Assembly: GCA_002316595.1 (NCBI GenBank)
Contig: DCDV01000006.1
Span: forward strand, 1,217 to 58,224
Direction: 5' to 3'
Length of the DNA: 57,008 nucleotides
From: Mageeibacillus sp. UBA1046
GTDB taxonomy: Bacteria > Bacillota > Clostridia > Saccharofermentanales > DTU023
This document shows, in pieces, positions 56,106-57,008 of the stretch. Below the pieces are notes generated by a model, which was given only the letters and a program-made list of their open reading frames with translations, was not told the DNA's origin and made no database searches. The translations under genes and the position numbers were made by a program. Each line of letters begins with the position of its first letter. Within the stretch, counting starts at the first letter, position 1.

Positions 56106-56570
56106 ATGAAAATATCTGTTATTTCACCGGGAAAAATTAGAGAGAAATGGTTGCGTGCCGGTATCGATGAGTATATCAAGAGATTGAAACGCTATTCATC
56201 AGTGGAGTTAATTGATGTTGCTGACTCTCCGGATCAGCTAACCCCTCCAGTTGCCAGAGTGCGCGAAGGCAAGGCCATTTTGTCCCGTCTCAAGGCGCGG
56301 TCCTATGTTGTGGCTTTGGATCAAAGCGGTAAGCAGCACAGTTCTTTAGAGCTGGCGCAATTGTTACCGCAGTGGTTTGAGCTTGGAGGAAGCGAGATAG
56401 CCTTTTTGATTGGCGGAGCTACAGGGCTGGATCCGGCTGTCTTGGAGAGAGCCGATTACGTTCTCTCTCTTTCTGATCTTACTTTTACGCATCAAATGAC
56501 CCGTCTGATTTTGTTGGAGCAATGTTATCGCGCATTTCGCATCGCCGGCAATGATCCTTACCATAAATAG
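56106..56570 (+). CDS. rlmH: 23S rRNA (pseudouridine1915-N3)-methyltransferase
   Basis: 154 aa. SPOUT RlmH pattern MKISVISPGKIREKW...EYIKRL...FLIGGATGL...LSLSDLTFTHQM. Confidence 0.85.
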   Translation: MKISVISPGKIREKWLRAGIDEYIKRLKRYSSVELIDVADSPDQLTPPVARVREGKAILSRLKARSYVVALDQSGKQHSSLELAQLLPQWFELGGSEIAFLIGGATGLDPAVLERADYVLSLSDLTFTHQMTRLILLEQCYRAFRIAGNDPYHK

Positions 56571-56708
56571 AAACAGAGCATGCTATAATTAATTAGAGAT
56601 TTGCCGGAATTATTTACCGGTGAGAGATAAATTATTTATATTGACTACTCTCGCTCTATGTCGAACCGGATATAGAGCTGGACGCTTGCAAAAAAACAGG
56701 GAGGAAAT

Positions 56709-57008
56709 ATGGAAAACTGCGCCATTATTTTGGCTGCTGCGGAGGATGACAGCATGCGCACGGCCGACACTAAGGTGATGCTGGATGTGGCCGGAAAACC
56801 TGTGGTCAGCTGGGTAAAAAAAGCGCTTGATCAGGCGGGAATTCATGATCAGATGTATATAGTCAGCTATCGGCAAGAGAAAGTGCGTGAAGAGCTGGGA
56901 GAGTCTGTTGCCTTTGCTTTGCAGGAAGTTCCTCTGGGTACCGGGCACGCTGTGACTCAGGCTGAACCTTTCCTGTTTGAAAGAAAAGGTGCTACGGTGG
57001 TTATGGCC
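56709..57008 (+). CDS. GlmU-like nucleotidyltransferase, N-terminal 100 codons (runs off window), non-canonical NTP loop
   Basis: Not in the supplied ORF track because it is open-ended. ATG at 56709 follows GGGAGGAAA. It aligns colinearly with GlmU N-termini (…ILAA…KV.L.V.GKP.V…ALQ…LGTGHAV.QA.PFL). Confidence 0.6.
   Translation, partial: MENCAIILAAAEDDSMRTADTKVMLDVAGKPVVSWVKKALDQAGIHDQMYIVSYRQEKVREELGESVAFALQEVPLGTGHAVTQAEPFLFERKGATVVMA

Noticed and set aside
56610-56948. 112-aa minus-strand ORF
   Set aside because: It lies antisense to the clearly GlmU-like plus-strand reading frame.

Overview
57-kb chromosomal segment that looks like a low-GC Gram-positive, Clostridia-like bacterium. That placement is inferred from gene content: AddAB, an ECF S-component, rubrerythrin plus a Fur/PerR-type repressor, two murA paralogues and a WalRK-type two-component system. 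I could not recognise any rRNA, tRNA, CRISPR array, transposase, integrase or phage genes. Gene order: DUF4143-type AAA ATPase; convergent ECF S-component + P-loop kinase pair; polar amino-acid ABC transporter; a visibly AT-richer block (about 5.7-16.9 kb) with LysR + lactate permease and a peptide ABC transporter coupled to two proline-specific peptidases; ABC-2 exporter; rubrerythrin/Fur-family pair; HTH_42 (YcaQ/AlkZ-like) protein; AKR-FeS oxidoreductase; MFS transporter; addB-addA followed by a deoxyinosine-type glycosylase; two tandem, disrupted RsgI-like/PepSY membrane protein genes; CofE-like protein; SDR; walR-walK-murA-yycJ; cyclophilin-like protein; two divergent hyuA/hyuB (hydantoinase/oxoprolinase) pairs with an NCS1 permease and a cupin; second murA; rlmH; start of a glmU-like gene. 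No region is obviously a complete new multi-gene system. The most unusual signals are listed here. (1) The tandem RsgI-like/PepSY genes are both broken, one at an A10 homopolymer. (2) AddA is about 400 aa oversized and carries two in-frame tandem-repeat modules, and AddB lacks a P-loop. (3) murA is embedded in a streptococcal-type walRK-yycJ operon that is preceded by three direct repeats. (4) Short tandem repeats of 21-41 bp period recur in intergenic regions, including a composite array between convergent genes at 38.1-38.3 kb. (5) The duplicated hyuAB/NCS1/cupin locus has no visible regulator. All family assignments come from motif recognition by eye and need HMM or BLAST confirmation.
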